Below, in pieces: positions 56,371-57,020 of a DNA stretch of 57,020 bases. The DNA is taken from NCBI GenBank assembly GCA_026416055.1, contig JAOAFX010000004.1:1-57020 (forward strand). The letters are read 5' to 3'. The stretch's first letter is position 1. Each line of letters begins with the position of its first letter. The translations under genes were made by a program, and so were the position numbers. This stretch comes from a candidate division WOR-3 bacterium (lineage in GTDB: Bacteria > Hydrothermota > Tepidihabitantia > SM23-42 > JAOAFX01). The notes below the pieces were generated by a model. The model was not told the DNA's origin. It made no database searches and saw only the letters and a program-made list of their open reading frames with translations.

Positions 56371-57020
56371 ATGAAAATGAGGAATCTGTTGTTTGTAGCA
56401 ATAATGGTAAGTATTGCTATCGGTTCAGATTTCATCCCTGTTTTTGGTTCAGTCGTAAAAGGGCAATATATTCCCGAAGTTTATGGAGATAGAGCAAAGA
56501 TTCTCTTCTCCAATGGCATCTCATTTGACACAAGACTTTTAGGTAAGACTGGTGAGCCTGATTTACCTTCGGAATTAAAGGCTCAATATCAGGAGGATGA
56601 GACTGGTTATTATATTGTCCAGTTTTCCGGACCGATTTATGGAAAAGAAAAAAATTATCTGGAGTCGATCGGTTCAAAAGTCCATTTTTATATTCCCAAT
56701 TATGGCTTTGTTGTTTCTCTATACTCAAAGGCACAGAGAGATTTACTCCTTTCATGTCCCAAAGTTGGTGCGGTTTGGCATCTATCAGCCGGCATATAAG
56801 ATTTCTTCGTTATTTACTAAATTTAGCGATGGGCAAAAAGTGACGATATTACTATTTTGTGATGCAGATATTCAATCGGTCATGGACAGAATAAAAGAAA
56901 TCACCGGTCGCAATGATTTTATAATCTCTGATAACGGGATTAACAAAATGATTCAAGGGGTGATAGATAAAAAAGATATCAACGCCCTGGCATGTATAAA
57001 AGAAGTTTAATGGATTGAGC
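56371..57020 (+). pseudogene. Secreted protein with repeated propeptide-like alpha/beta domains (protease N-terminal region?); apparent +1 frameshift and in-frame TAA; runs off the window
   Basis: ORF 56371-56799 (signal peptide, YIVQFSGPIYGKEKNYLESIGSKVHFYIPNYGFVV) and ORF 56597-57010 overlap in frames +1 apart. The family-typical continuation VRFGIYQPAYKI appears only in the second frame, which places the switch near 56745-56760. The second ORF ends ...ACIKEV-TAA-WIE, and the last 10 nt stay open in the same frame. Confidence 0.45.

Overview
This 57-kb window is a chromosomal segment from an AT-rich, probably uncultivated Gram-negative bacterium. Type IX-secretion-style C-terminal sorting domains, a tricorn protease, type IV pili and sigma-54 machinery hint at an FCB-like candidate lineage, but the taxon cannot be fixed from this sequence.

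Gene content (about 50 genes) is mostly housekeeping:
- msrA, two tandem tRNA-Ser genes, and gltX-acpS-fabD.
- thiE, hpf-hprK-EIIA(Man), coaD and rsmD.
- The pilMNOPQ operon and tgt.
- A complete Pho supercluster: beta-CASP RNase, phoB, phoR, a porin, pstSCAB, a small ORF and phoU.
- An EF-G paralog with lgt, pdxA, an aldehyde dehydrogenase with a class-III aminotransferase, capA and asnA.
- A tricorn protease, rpoN and a YfhO-like membrane protein.

I found no CRISPR array, transposase, integrase, prophage or obvious defence island, and no clearly new multi-gene system.

The points most worth a second look:
1. A gene of more than 1600 codons fills 1-4811 on the minus strand and is absent from the ORF track because it runs off the window. 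It fuses a Ser/Thr kinase, a STAND-like ATPase, TPR repeats, a GAF domain, a sigma-54 enhancer-binding AAA+ core and a Fis-type HTH.
2. The promoter grammar is strikingly uniform (TTGACA-like, 16 nt, TATAAT-like). In about ten operons the -10 sits only 5-9 nt from the start codon, which implies widespread leaderless mRNAs.
3. A family of GTAG-plus-hairpin (REP/BIME-like) repeats is confined to five intergenic regions.
4. Four TTAAYN hexamers with exact 11-bp phasing, resembling Pho boxes, replace the -35 upstream of the porin-pst operon.
5. An EF-G paralog has degenerate GTPase motifs (DTPGY and NKLK).
6. Two decayed genes encode secreted proteins.

All calls rest on reading the sequence and motif recognition. 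No database search was possible.
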